Source: a virus
Lineage: Duplodnaviria > Caudoviricetes
Virus record (IMG/VR): IMGVR_UViG_2706795432_000001
Location: 1 to 64,000 of that record
Strand: one strand, 5' to 3'
DNA length: 64,000 nt
This document shows positions 49,375-59,304 of this stretch, piece after piece. The stretch's first letter is position 1. Each line of letters starts with the position of its first letter. The notes under the pieces were generated by a model, which saw only the letters and a program-made list of their open reading frames with translations, searched no databases and was not told the DNA's origin. Position numbers and translations under genes: made by a program.

Positions 49375-50805
49375 TTAGCTGACAGCAGCCAAGATCTGTT
49401 TCTCTTCTTTGGCCGTGAAGCCGAGCGCATTGTAGCTCTTCTTCTTGGCTTTCTTGAAGGCTGCGAGAGCTTCAAACGCACCCTGATTGAACATCTGACG
49501 AGCACGTTCTGCGACGGTCATAGTCGTCTCTTTGGACTTCACGTAACCATCGTAGTCGTACTTGTCTGCCCAGCGACCCATGGTACGAGTGCTGGTGTTG
49601 TGCAGAGCGGCGATTGCCGATTTCGAGCCTTTCTCCAGACGGAGATCTTCGAACACTGCAATGACTTCCTTCGGAGCGTCGTCCCAAGGGGTTTTGCCAG
49701 ATGCAGCTTTCTGAGAGGTTTTTGCCATCTTCACGATGTCCTTCTTCTCTTTCTGGATCACCTCATCAGTATTCAGAGAATCACCAGAAGGTTGGATATC
49801 AGGCTTGGCTTCTTCCAAGGCGACAGCAGGAATCTCACGGCCTTTGATAGCCACTCGTTCCAGAACCTTCTTGGTGCCAACCTTCACAGCTTCGAACGGC
49901 TTGATAGCACGTCCCATGACTGCATCTTGGATGACAGATTTGAAGGTCTGTTCTCCGGTGACGAATGCACCAGAATCAACCATCTGATGTGCTCGTGCAG
50001 TCATGACGCCAATGACATCATATGCACAGACACGGGCCTTGTTCGTCTCGCCATGAGGGACTGCGATAAAGTTTGCAGGATCCACCAGAACGATCAGGGT
50101 ATGCGTACCACCAAACCCACTGAGGTAGCCGAGATTGGCCACATGCAGGCCGTGAGAGCAGGATCGGTTGCGGCTGGGATCGACCCCATCCACATCCATC
50201 CAGACGTGACTCCCGACCTGTTGTTCGATCTGCCCAGAGTGGACATCAACGAACATCCCATTGGCTTTCTGGTTCACCTTCTTGTACCCGATGATGAGAC
50301 CATCATTGGTCAGAGGGAGGTCTGACCGTTCGATGAAGTCCATCAGATCTTCTGCACTGTGAAGACGATCTTTGGCCACTGGGGCGATCCGACGAAGGAA
50401 GTTGCGTACCGCAGGGGATTCCTCACGAGCAGCACGATTGGCGTGCCGTTCGAGTTTCTCCACCTTCGGAATGACAACAGTCTCTCCCTCGTGCTGAACG
50501 GCCACAGAGATTTTCTGGGGGTAGAAGATCCCCTGAATCTGTTTGCCGTCGATCTCATGTGTGACAATAATGCCACTGTCTTCGAACCCCGGAGGCACAA
50601 TGGCCTTACCGATGGTCATGAAGTCATTCAAGTCGAGTTCGATAATCGACTTGCCGTCGAGTTTGGGAGTCAGAAACTCCGCAATCCCGGTCGTGTCGTA
50701 GGGTCCATCGTTTTTCATGTCGATGACTTCACCTTCAGCGGTGATCAACATGATCTTCTCAGGAGACGCCAACATAGACACGATTTTCTTCGTGTTATCA
50801 GACAT
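49375..50805 (-). CDS. rIIB: rIIB-like protein
   Basis: 476 aa; PLTNDGLIIGYKKV, CSHGLHV, VDPANFIAVP, KARVCAYDV; follows rIIA. Confidence 0.88.
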   Translation of the reverse strand: MSDNTKKIVSMLASPEKIMLITAEGEVIDMKNDGPYDTTGIAEFLTPKLDGKSIIELDLNDFMTIGKAIVPPGFEDSGIIVTHEIDGKQIQGIFYPQKISVAVQHEGETVVIPKVEKLERHANRAAREESPAVRNFLRRIAPVAKDRLHSAEDLMDFIERSDLPLTNDGLIIGYKKVNQKANGMFVDVHSGQIEQQVGSHVWMDVDGVDPSRNRSCSHGLHVANLGYLSGFGGTHTLIVLVDPANFIAVPHGETNKARVCAYDVIGVMTARAHQMVDSGAFVTGEQTFKSVIQDAVMGRAIKPFEAVKVGTKKVLERVAIKGREIPAVALEEAKPDIQPSGDSLNTDEVIQKEKKDIVKMAKTSQKAASGKTPWDDAPKEVIAVFEDLRLEKGSKSAIAALHNTSTRTMGRWADKYDYDGYVKSKETTMTVAERARQMFNQGAFEALAAFKKAKKKSYNALGFTAKEEKQILAAVS

Positions 50806-50827
50806 TTGTCTATCCTTCTTGGTTTGA

Positions 50828-53380
50828 TCAAACAGTCCGCAAGAACCGCATGAGTTTCTCGGAGAACACCTTGATTTCGCCCGGTTTCATGCGATTCACA
50901 TGGGACGCTATCCGGTAGTCGTTGAAGAGTTCGAGATTCTCCATCCTCTTACGAACCAAAGAAACAGTGTCCGATTCAACGTAAGGACTCAACGATTCGG
51001 TGATCAGATGACGAGTATTGCTGTCAGTGTACCGACAGTTTTTCGCCACATGGAGGAGCTTCATGTTCTGGAAGAATGTCTCTTTCTGCTTGGTTCGCAG
51101 ATAGGGAACACCGAAGAACTTCTGGATCTCAGGCAAAGCCAAGAGCTTCTCTGGGAGACCAGACTCGTTCTGAAGCAGGTAATGCAGACGCATTGTCTCC
51201 ACTTTCTGCTCATTTTCCAGAATCTTCACAACCAGTTGGTGCAGTTTCTGTTCGTAGGTCGGGATCTTCTCGAATTTCTTCGTCACCCGAGACTTGTTGT
51301 GAATCACCACGAAACGAGGTGTGTTCTGATAGACCCAAGCCATCAGTTGCTTGTCAGGAAGATCCGAACGATATCCATGTCGGATCTTATGCTCTGTCAA
51401 GGTGATATAGCAGGTGGGGTTTTCCACTGCATTATCCCAGTCAGCCCAGTCATTTTCAGCAGGGCTGTAGAGAGGATATGTAGCTGTAGCACGAGGTTGA
51501 GCCACGTATCCCGGAGCTTTCCGGACAGGAGCCACAGGTTCATCTGCCTCATGGACAATGTAACCAGCGTCTTCCAGAGCTTTGAGAGCCTTGTCATAGG
51601 CTCCTTTCTTCTGGTGAACGATGATGGCTGCCACAGGACGATCATAACTCCGGTAGTAGTGATCCCCGAAGCTGGACCGATGGAAATTGTGATAGTTCCC
51701 AACAGTCGGATAGTTCGCTGTGAACATGCTCTGATAATTGAAGGAGGTATCCTTCAGAGCACTGAGAGTCTTTGCCAGAATCACAGTCTTGGTCAGGTTG
51801 ATGGAGGTGTATTCCTTACCATCTTTCTTGAACCAAAGACGATCAGGATACTGACGATTGGGCATAGAGAGGGCTTTCTGGCCCCCCAGTTGCTCAATCA
51901 CGTTCTTCTGTCGTTGGTTCAGTCCTGAGAGCTTCCCAGCCCGACGACGGTTCTCCACGACGTACCATGTGTCACTTTGTTCCACACGGATGTCATTGTC
52001 CAAACCAGTCGCATCATCACAGATCTTCTTCGCTTCGATGAGTTCTTGCATCGACTTGGGAGTTTCGATCTGAGTCGGAGTATGAAGCTCATGCTTGGGA
52101 GATCCCCGGTGCATGATGTAGTTCCGGTAATGCTTGAAGTCCGGGAAATTCTTGGCCCAAATGATGTATTTCATCTGGTCCATCTTTTCGGAACCCAGCA
52201 TCCGTTCGATGTCATCTGTCTTTCTGTAACAAAGCTCACAGATGCTGTTCCACATGGACTGGTTCATGCCTTCAGGACATTGTTCCTGACCTGCACTGAG
52301 AACAGGATGATTCACGTCTGTCACTTGGGACAGATTCTTGCGATCACCAACACGAACCCATGCTTCGATGAGGAATTTCGGTTCCACACCAGACTCTTTG
52401 AGAGATTTGAAGCTCTCGTTGAGCATGACACGGGTGGCAGGAGTCAGCATGAGTCGGAAGTTCTCTTCCATGATCTCAAGCTGGTTCTTGATAGTCTCCA
52501 CAGTCTTCTCGTTCAGGTTCAGACCTTCACGACTGGGAAGAGGTGTCAAAGTCGATGCTTTGAAACCGATATACATAGTCCCCAGCAGTCGAGCCATCTT
52601 CTTCACGAACCGGAATTCAGACGAATAGGCTTCATCTTCGATCAGTTCGTAACGAACACCACCATAGACGGCATAGAGATCTCCACGCCCATTTTCATCA
52701 TCGACGATCCACTGACCGGGAGCCACTGAATCTGCTTCGATGGTTTCCACTTCTTCATCTTTGAAGTGGATATTTGCTTTGATCCCAGAGAGATACATCA
52801 GTTCCTTGATGTACTCATAGGCCCGTTCCATATCGCTCTCAGACTTGAGAGGAATAGTGACAAGCAGTCCGGATTCTTCCGTTGGAACATCTTCGAAGAT
52901 GATGGACCGTCCGGGTCCACCATTGTTTTTCTCAGAAACCCTATTCATCACGTACATGCCTTTGAAGCCGTCGTGATGAGAGGTGACAGTGAAGCTGTCT
53001 GTGTAGGCGTAGGGAGATTTGGAACCAAGCCCGAAACCACCTGTCAGTTCATCATTGTCCCTCTTGGTCGAGTTACCGTAGATGCAGTAGATCGGATGGA
53101 TCTCTTTCTTGTGGATACCGGGGCCATAGTCACGAATGATCAGGCCCGAGGTGTCATTGATGTAGATGTCGATAGGACGATCCTGACAGTTACCCATGCG
53201 GTGAGCATCCCATGCGTTGAACATGGTCTCTTGGATCATGGTACGCATTGGTTTCTGGTAAAGACCAGTGGACAACATGCCCATCAAAACGGGGTCATTT
53301 GTAACCCCGAAGGCTTCGGTTTCTCCGCCTCCGATCAGAACATTCTTCTGCTCGAAGTCACCACCGTTCAGCACTTGCAT
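50828..53380 (-). CDS. rIIA: rIIA-like protein
   Basis: 850 aa; N-terminal GHKL-type ATPase motifs (ETMFNAWDAH, IRDYGPGI, GGFGLGSKSP). Confidence 0.9.
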   Translation of the reverse strand: MQVLNGGDFEQKNVLIGGGETEAFGVTNDPVLMGMLSTGLYQKPMRTMIQETMFNAWDAHRMGNCQDRPIDIYINDTSGLIIRDYGPGIHKKEIHPIYCIYGNSTKRDNDELTGGFGLGSKSPYAYTDSFTVTSHHDGFKGMYVMNRVSEKNNGGPGRSIIFEDVPTEESGLLVTIPLKSESDMERAYEYIKELMYLSGIKANIHFKDEEVETIEADSVAPGQWIVDDENGRGDLYAVYGGVRYELIEDEAYSSEFRFVKKMARLLGTMYIGFKASTLTPLPSREGLNLNEKTVETIKNQLEIMEENFRLMLTPATRVMLNESFKSLKESGVEPKFLIEAWVRVGDRKNLSQVTDVNHPVLSAGQEQCPEGMNQSMWNSICELCYRKTDDIERMLGSEKMDQMKYIIWAKNFPDFKHYRNYIMHRGSPKHELHTPTQIETPKSMQELIEAKKICDDATGLDNDIRVEQSDTWYVVENRRRAGKLSGLNQRQKNVIEQLGGQKALSMPNRQYPDRLWFKKDGKEYTSINLTKTVILAKTLSALKDTSFNYQSMFTANYPTVGNYHNFHRSSFGDHYYRSYDRPVAAIIVHQKKGAYDKALKALEDAGYIVHEADEPVAPVRKAPGYVAQPRATATYPLYSPAENDWADWDNAVENPTCYITLTEHKIRHGYRSDLPDKQLMAWVYQNTPRFVVIHNKSRVTKKFEKIPTYEQKLHQLVVKILENEQKVETMRLHYLLQNESGLPEKLLALPEIQKFFGVPYLRTKQKETFFQNMKLLHVAKNCRYTDSNTRHLITESLSPYVESDTVSLVRKRMENLELFNDYRIASHVNRMKPGEIKVFSEKLMRFLRTV

Positions 53381-53402
53381 TGTCGTTCTCCTTTCAGAAA
53401 TG

Positions 53403-53433
53403 AAAAACCCCCCACGGAGTTACCGTAGGGGGT
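53403..53433 (-). terminator. Terminator upstream of rIIA
   Basis: ACCCCCTACGG-TAACT-CCGTGGGGGGT followed by TTTT. Confidence 0.75.
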
Positions 53434-53509
53434 CTATCCCGTCATAGGACATCAAGGATGCCGTGGATCGCAATTTCGCTCTTGCTACTGCGACTCCACT
53501 CAGGGATTC

Positions 53510-53827
53510 TCAGATGTTTTCCTGAATCCAGAGCCGAAGCTCTGTTTTGTTCATGGTTCCAGCGTGAATCTCACGGATCATACCGTCAGCAAACAACGCC
53601 AAAGAAGGAACAGATCGAATGCCAAGTTCATTGGCAGTCTTTTCTGCTTGTTCGATGTCCATCTCAGCAAAGCGAATGTCACCTTGCATCTGTTCTGCCA
53701 TGTCCTCGAAGACAGGTTTCATCCGTTTGCACGGTTGACACCACGAGCCAGTGAACATGACCACAATGGGGTCAGTATTCTCTCGCATCTCCGGGACGAA
53801 ATCGGCATCACTGAGGGTTCGAATCAT
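53510..53827 (-). CDS. trxA: Thioredoxin
   Basis: 105 aa; WCQPC active site and cis-Pro SVP. Confidence 0.92.
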   Translation of the reverse strand: MIRTLSDADFVPEMRENTDPIVVMFTGSWCQPCKRMKPVFEDMAEQMQGDIRFAEMDIEQAEKTANELGIRSVPSLALFADGMIREIHAGTMNKTELRLWIQENI

Positions 53828-54350
53828 TGGCTGCTTCCTCCTGTTGCAGTTTTTTCCACATCTCGACGATGGGCATCATGTCAGGAGCCGTGTAGTTCGG
53901 ACCTTTCATGATCTTGCCATCATCACGACGAATCGGTTTCCCGTTCTCATCCAGCTTGCTCATGTTGGAAGCATGGACAATCTCGAACGAGTTCAGAATC
54001 AGAGGAAGAGGAATCCGGAGTTTCTGAGAAACCATGGTGACGACTTCAGCAGCTTCATCGAGAATGTTCTGAAGCTCTTGGTTCGTGGTATCATCCACGA
54101 CTTCAGGAGCATAGACAGGCATGACGTTGTAGAAATAGGCCACGACGTAGATCACGTCAGCCAGTTCCTTGAAGATGTCAGCCATGTTCTCGTCGCTGAG
54201 TTCTTTCTTCTCGTAGGCTTCTCGGAGTTCTTTGGTCTCCTCGGTGATGAGGGTTTTGGCAGCCCATACGAAGTCGAGCTTTCCGCCCATCACAGCGATG
54301 AATTCCCGCTGAATCTTGAAGAGTTCAGCAGGCAGTTGTTGGGTAAACAT
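53808..54350 (-). CDS. MazG-like all-alpha NTP pyrophosphohydrolase
   Basis: 180 aa; EETKEL, KELADVIYV, VHASNMSK, DGKIMKGPNY. Confidence 0.85.
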   Translation of the reverse strand: MFTQQLPAELFKIQREFIAVMGGKLDFVWAAKTLITEETKELREAYEKKELSDENMADIFKELADVIYVVAYFYNVMPVYAPEVVDDTTNQELQNILDEAAEVVTMVSQKLRIPLPLILNSFEIVHASNMSKLDENGKPIRRDDGKIMKGPNYTAPDMMPIVEMWKKLQQEEAANDSNPQ

Positions 54351-54404
54351 TGAGTTTCCTTTCTGGTTTGTGACACAACCACGAGAGACAAAGTGGTTTG
54401 TGTC

Positions 54405-54635
54405 TCATTTTGGGCGATTTATGAGACTCAAAGCGTCCCACTCATGCTCACGACACAGGTTCCGGAACTGTCTCTTGGTGCCGTACCAAGCGTAGTTCCG
54501 GTCTGTGGTGAGCTTCGTGCCAGAAAGATGCAGGTATCTCAAGGGGTGATCTTGAGTGTCGATTGCATAGTAGAGATCTTGAGGGTTGATACGGTCCAGT
54601 CTCGTGACTGGTTTGATCGGTGAGACTGGAACCAT
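54405..54635 (-). CDS. Hypothetical protein
   Basis: 76 aa; fills the gap on the coding strand; AAGGT upstream. Confidence 0.55.
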   Translation of the reverse strand: MVPVSPIKPVTRLDRINPQDLYYAIDTQDHPLRYLHLSGTKLTTDRNYAWYGTKRQFRNLCREHEWDALSLINRPK

Positions 54636-54638
54636 GTG

Positions 54639-55631
54639 TTAGACCTTCGACAAGACGCCTACTTCAAGGGTGGCCAGATCAGCCGTATCCCATGCGAGAG
54701 CGGTTTGTGGGTTTACGGTGTGCTCAACCATGGTGGTTTGTCCCAACGTGAGATTGGATCCATCCACATCAGTTGAAGCATGACGAATAAAGGGAGCAAT
54801 GTTCTGTGGTCCAGTACCACCTGCACCAGCATTACCATTGAAGCTGTTGATCACGGCTCGCACAGCAGATGTGGTGGCAGGACCACCATAAGGAGAGAGT
54901 GTCCAACTTTGCCGTTGGTTTGCAGTTTGAACACTTATAGCCAAACCATCATTCACATCTTGAATGTCTGCAAACCCACCATCCCAATTAGTATAGTTGC
55001 CATTGGCATTTGGAGTTAAAGTTGCCAAATGCCATCCAACAGTAGATTCATTATCTGTAATAATGAATTCGGAATAGTAAAATCTCAAATTACTATCAGT
55101 TGCTGAGTAAACCATATCCTCATGGTCAAAATTGATTTGACGAGGTGCAGACAGTCCACCTGTATTGGCAGCCGTGGCTGTCATCTGAAGTACGCCATTC
55201 AGATAGACAGACATTTCCAAATTAGCTCCAGCAGTGAATTTTACATCAATGGTTTGAAGTGTTTTTTCTGCCAGAAGCATAGATCCAACAGATTCTTCAG
55301 TAGTATCACCATAGACTTGAGCACGATGAACACCATCAGTAAGGTTATAGCGACCTAGTAGAGTTCCAGAGGCATCTTTCAAGTCAAACCAATATCCATC
55401 GACATTGACATTTGACATGTTACTGCCAGTATAGACATTGAAATGATACCAAACAGTCCCGCTTACTGCTTCAGCATGTTCAACAAAAAAACCAGCTTTT
55501 CCGATATTAAAGATTGCTTGCACCAAAGCTGACTCTGAACAATAGTTCGAGTCAAAAAAAGTGGCATTAGTATCTTTAATGGTTCCTCCACCGAAATCAG
55601 CAGCCCGACTTCCCACAAATAGAATTGTCAT
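54639..55631 (-). CDS. Putative virion/fibre-associated protein, paralog of 689-1663
   Basis: 330 aa; shared motifs with 689-1663; AT-rich. Confidence 0.7.
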   Translation of the reverse strand: MTILFVGSRAADFGGGTIKDTNATFFDSNYCSESALVQAIFNIGKAGFFVEHAEAVSGTVWYHFNVYTGSNMSNVNVDGYWFDLKDASGTLLGRYNLTDGVHRAQVYGDTTEESVGSMLLAEKTLQTIDVKFTAGANLEMSVYLNGVLQMTATAANTGGLSAPRQINFDHEDMVYSATDSNLRFYYSEFIITDNESTVGWHLATLTPNANGNYTNWDGGFADIQDVNDGLAISVQTANQRQSWTLSPYGGPATTSAVRAVINSFNGNAGAGGTGPQNIAPFIRHASTDVDGSNLTLGQTTMVEHTVNPQTALAWDTADLATLEVGVLSKV

Positions 55632-55641
55632 GATGCTCTCC

Positions 55642-56511
55642 TTACGGGTTATCTAAGACTACATAGGTAGTCATATGTTTGAGGGAAACTCCGGTATAGG
55701 ATTCTCCCGTTACGACAAATGTCGTAGCCAGATCAACGAAAGTGAATTCAAATTTCACTGGGATTTCAATGAAAACATGGAAATCACGTTGATTAGATGA
55801 ATTGGCACCTTGATCGAATGTTACTGTTTGTGGGTTAGTCAAAGGATCAATGTTGCTACGAGAAGATAATGCGTACCAAAATGAAGGATCTAAGTCTTCA
55901 TTTGGAGCTACATCCTGAGTTCCATCAATGTATGTGGCTTCCATTTCACTGGCGATTTGAGTGTTATTTTGCCACATAGCAACTGATACTACACCAGATC
56001 CTTCCGCAGCAGTGTATGTTTGGGAGGAAAGTTTAGCCAGTCCATAGGCAACAGGTGAAACTGAAATTGAGTTCAGATTTGCATTAGCAGAAAGTCGATA
56101 AACTGCACAGAATGAACGATAATGAGTTGCATAGTTGGCAATATCCAAAGTTGCAGTACCAGCCGTTGTAACCTCGACAGCAAATGCTGTGATGGATTCA
56201 TATTCTGCGTTTTCGACAGTATCAGACGGAGCAATACCAAACAGTTGGGTATAGGTAAGAACAGCAGTTCCACCTCCAAAACTGGTTGGAGTGTTCCAAT
56301 ATGAATCATTGGCCGCAGAACCACCTACTTGACCACCGAGGATCACTAGATAAGGACCAGTCTGATCAAATGAGATGTTATGTGAAGTACTACTTGCTTG
56401 AATGGTATTAATGTTGACTCTTTCAAATGTCACAACTGTACCCCAACCCAAAGAAGGGGCTGCTGCTGTCATTGCAGCATAGGATACAGAAGCGAGAAGA
56501 GAGTTCATCAT
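55642..56511 (-). CDS. Putative fibre tip / virion protein
   Basis: 289 aa; beta-rich, Ser/Thr/Ala-rich; AT-rich; coupled to the fibre gene. Confidence 0.6.
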   Translation of the reverse strand: MMNSLLASVSYAAMTAAAPSLGWGTVVTFERVNINTIQASSTSHNISFDQTGPYLVILGGQVGGSAANDSYWNTPTSFGGGTAVLTYTQLFGIAPSDTVENAEYESITAFAVEVTTAGTATLDIANYATHYRSFCAVYRLSANANLNSISVSPVAYGLAKLSSQTYTAAEGSGVVSVAMWQNNTQIASEMEATYIDGTQDVAPNEDLDPSFWYALSSRSNIDPLTNPQTVTFDQGANSSNQRDFHVFIEIPVKFEFTFVDLATTFVVTGESYTGVSLKHMTTYVVLDNP

Positions 56512-57704
56512 GTGGTTAGGTTTCCGATCAGATAGTAGGTGTTTGCTGTGGTTGCATCAGGAATGAGCGTAGCAGAACCATACTGATCAGCAATGGTCAA
56601 GTTTCCACCTGCACTGTGGATGGTTACTCCAACCCCTGCTGCAAAGCTCACAGCCCCTGCACCAGTGGCAATGAAGGTCACGGGTTGTCCACCTGTCATG
56701 CTTGGTTCAACCGTAATTGTCTGAGCCGCTGCATTATTCATACGACGTACTACGTTTCCAGCAAAGTCAGCAGAGACAGTGCTATAAGCTGTGGCTGTGA
56801 TCTCAGTTTGAACCATGGTTGTAACTGGACCTTCAGGACCGACTAGAGACACACCAGCAGGCCACGTACCATTCTTGGGGCCAAAGATGGTATTGGTATC
56901 AGTACGATAGTAGAAATCCCCATCATTGCCTTCTGTGGTGGGATCTACGGTTCCTGAAAGGATACCGGATCCAACACCATTGACGGTCAGAACAATGTCA
57001 TAGGTACATTCCATCCCGACGTAGGATGACCCAAAGGCAACGAAAGTCTCGCTTCCTTGGATATCATTGTCGATAATATACCCACCCAAATCATACGAAG
57101 ACAGGACACCTGTCATACCTCCATCTCCAGCATGAGATTCAAGCTGAGTGGATCCTGTACCTCCTTGTTGGGTGATCAAGATTGCATAATCTTGTGCCGG
57201 AACCAGACGAAGAGCAGTTCCAAAAGTGAAAGTGATGAATTCATCAGCCCCACCAGTGGAAACTTGAGTGACTCGTCCAACAATGGTTCCAATTGTGGTG
57301 CCAGAGATCTCGGCTACAACACATTCATAAGTTTGAGAGGATGTGTTATTGCCTTGGAATGTGACTGTTTTCAGGTCAATGTCATATTGGACCCGAACTC
57401 GGTTCCCTTTGGTTGCAGCATTTGTAGCAGAAACAGCCGTACTCCACCCAGTCACACTGGGTTGAGCATCAATAAACATGGCAGTCAGTTGACCACCACT
57501 CCCACCAGAAGGGAAATCCGTAAATTCCAGAGCAGTTTCTCCAGAATTTACTCGAATAGCTTTTAGAGCCTGACCAGTGAAATCGGCAGGTGTGTCTGAA
57601 AGTGCAGTAAAAGCAGATGCACCTCCAGAACCGGGAAGGGTGTCCCCAGACGGAAGTTCTTGAAGCTCGCCATTGACGAGGACAATAGGACGACGTTCAG
57701 CCAT
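56508..57704 (-). CDS. Putative fibre protein
   Basis: 398 aa; N-terminal RRPIVLVNGELQELP; LSDTP; GTVDPTTEGNDGDFYY...FGPK motif common in phage fibres. Confidence 0.65.
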   Translation of the reverse strand: MAERRPIVLVNGELQELPSGDTLPGSGGASAFTALSDTPADFTGQALKAIRVNSGETALEFTDFPSGGSGGQLTAMFIDAQPSVTGWSTAVSATNAATKGNRVRVQYDIDLKTVTFQGNNTSSQTYECVVAEISGTTIGTIVGRVTQVSTGGADEFITFTFGTALRLVPAQDYAILITQQGGTGSTQLESHAGDGGMTGVLSSYDLGGYIIDNDIQGSETFVAFGSSYVGMECTYDIVLTVNGVGSGILSGTVDPTTEGNDGDFYYRTDTNTIFGPKNGTWPAGVSLVGPEGPVTTMVQTEITATAYSTVSADFAGNVVRRMNNAAAQTITVEPSMTGGQPVTFIATGAGAVSFAAGVGVTIHSAGGNLTIADQYGSATLIPDATTANTYYLIGNLTT

Positions 57705-57720
57705 GGGAACACCCTTTTAG

Positions 57721-58227
57721 TTATACAAGCAAAATCGGATCTTGCGGTTGGAAGTTGATCACAGTCGAAGAGACTGCGAATCCAAGACGCTGAACGATAT
57801 TGCCTGATGCAGAAGGAGCCACATGGTTCGAGGCACCCGGAGTAGTCGAGAGGAAGTGCATTCCCGGAGTCAAACCGGAAACTTGGTTGTTGAGTCCACC
57901 CCAATAGACCGTTGCAGTCTGCCCAGTGGTATAGGCAGTCAGAACGAAACCATTGGCAGGAGCCACACCTGTCGAAGCATCAGCTTTCCGCACCTTGGCG
58001 ATACCACCGTCATTGAAGACGTTGACGAAATCACCTGCTGCGAGAGCACCAAAGGCTTCGATAGCACTGGTTTCAGCACCAATACCAGTGGGCATCATGG
58101 TGGAATCAAGGCGACCAGACAAGTCCAATGCAGGGATCTTGTTGGCCTGACCTGCACCACCCGTAGCAGTGGCTTCCACTTCACGGAAACCTCCTGCTGC
58201 ATCGTGTTGAAGGAACTTATCGGGCAT
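57721..58227 (-). CDS. Putative virion structural (cement/decoration-like) protein
   Basis: 168 aa; small beta-rich domain, paralogous to 58231-58734. Confidence 0.6.
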   Translation of the reverse strand: MPDKFLQHDAAGGFREVEATATGGAGQANKIPALDLSGRLDSTMMPTGIGAETSAIEAFGALAAGDFVNVFNDGGIAKVRKADASTGVAPANGFVLTAYTTGQTATVYWGGLNNQVSGLTPGMHFLSTTPGASNHVAPSASGNIVQRLGFAVSSTVINFQPQDPILLV

Positions 58228-58230
58228 CTG

Positions 58231-58734
58231 TTACACTCCTATGATGGGATAAGGATCGAGGTTGATCTGCGTAGCAGAAATTGCCCAGCCAATCCGGCGA
58301 ATGGGATTTCCAGCAGAAGGTACGGTCTGAGTTATCACACCGTTGGTTGAAATGAAAATGGGAGCATTGGGAGTCCAAGCCCATCCACCTTCAGTCATGA
58401 GTCCAGACCGGACTACATTCACCGGATCACCAATTGGCACAGCCATACGGGTGACACCTGCATAGTTCGCCAGACTGTCTGCATCCATTTGGGTCAGAAG
58501 TCCGTCATATCCAACTGCACGGTACGCATTGATCGTTTCCAGAGCAGTGATTTGAACATCGAGAGTACCAGAACTGGCATTCTCCACGTTGTTGAAACCA
58601 GTGCCAACATTGAGTCGCAATGGTTCACGCTGACTGAGTGTCAGATTGAAGTTTTGGTCGATACCGATCTGATCATTGGCGATGACGATCTCGTATCGAG
58701 GTCCGAAGACCGCATTGAGGGTTACATCGCTCAT
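58231..58734 (-). CDS. Putative virion structural (cement/decoration-like) protein
   Basis: 167 aa; C-terminal domain resembles 57721-58227. Confidence 0.6.
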   Translation of the reverse strand: MSDVTLNAVFGPRYEIVIANDQIGIDQNFNLTLSQREPLRLNVGTGFNNVENASSGTLDVQITALETINAYRAVGYDGLLTQMDADSLANYAGVTRMAVPIGDPVNVVRSGLMTEGGWAWTPNAPIFISTNGVITQTVPSAGNPIRRIGWAISATQINLDPYPIIGV

Positions 58735-59060
58735 TGTGTCTGATCCTCCGTGCAGTCGATGATGAACGTCTGACTGGAGACACGACCTTCAACGGGTCGA
58801 TCAAACTGGATGTCGCATTTGAGCTTGCGAACAGGCCAGATGGCAGTTTGTTCTTTGGGAAGGGAGATACTGAATTCACCTTGGGCAGCGTTGGTAATGG
58901 TGACATCCAGATCTGCGATCAGTTTCCGTGCGTAACGGACCTGAGAAGCAATGGTCCAGCCAGTAATATCGACTGGAGTGCCATTGTTGTCGGGGTCGGT
59001 AAGGGTCATCGGGATGACAAAATCATCGCCCCGGACAAATTCATATGTGACTTCGGCCAT
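58731..59060 (-). CDS. BppU N-terminal-like (fibre attachment) protein
   Basis: 109 aa; RGDDF, PVDITGWT, NAAQGEFSISL, CDIQF pattern. Confidence 0.6.
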   Translation of the reverse strand: MAEVTYEFVRGDDFVIPMTLTDPDNNGTPVDITGWTIASQVRYARKLIADLDVTITNAAQGEFSISLPKEQTAIWPVRKLKCDIQFDRPVEGRVSSQTFIIDCTEDQTQ

Positions 59061-59147
59061 GTCATCATCCTCTGTGCTTGGTTAGTCCACCACGCTTTAC
59101 CATGAGGGGGTTTCCATGACCATATTAAACTGAAAGTCAATAAGTTT

Positions 59148-59225
59148 TGGTCGGAATGGAAGGATTCGAACCTTCGATTTCTCGGTCCCAAACCGAGCGA
59201 CTTAACCAGACTAGCCTACATTCCG
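59148..59225 (-). tRNA. tRNA-Pro (anticodon UGG)
   Basis: Acceptor CGGAATG/CATTCCG; anticodon arm CTCGG-TTTGGGA-CCGAG; T-loop TTCGAAT; encoded CCA. Confidence 0.95.
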
Positions 59226-59228
59226 CCT

Positions 59229-59304
59229 TGGTTGTGGTGGCTGGACTTGAACCAGCGACATTTCGATTATCGGTCGAACGCTCTACCAACTGAGCTACAC
59301 CACA
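59229..59304 (-). tRNA. tRNA-Ile (anticodon GAU), with C instead of U at position 33
   Basis: Acceptor TGTGGTG/CACCACA; anticodon arm TTCGA-CCGATAA-TCGAA; T-loop TTCAAGT; encoded CCA. Confidence 0.92.

Noticed and set aside
54372-54404. Hairpin sharing TGACAC, AACCAC and ACAAA with the vRNAP leader hairpin
   Set aside because: The hairpin is real, but the shared words are short and on opposite coding strands; likely coincidence
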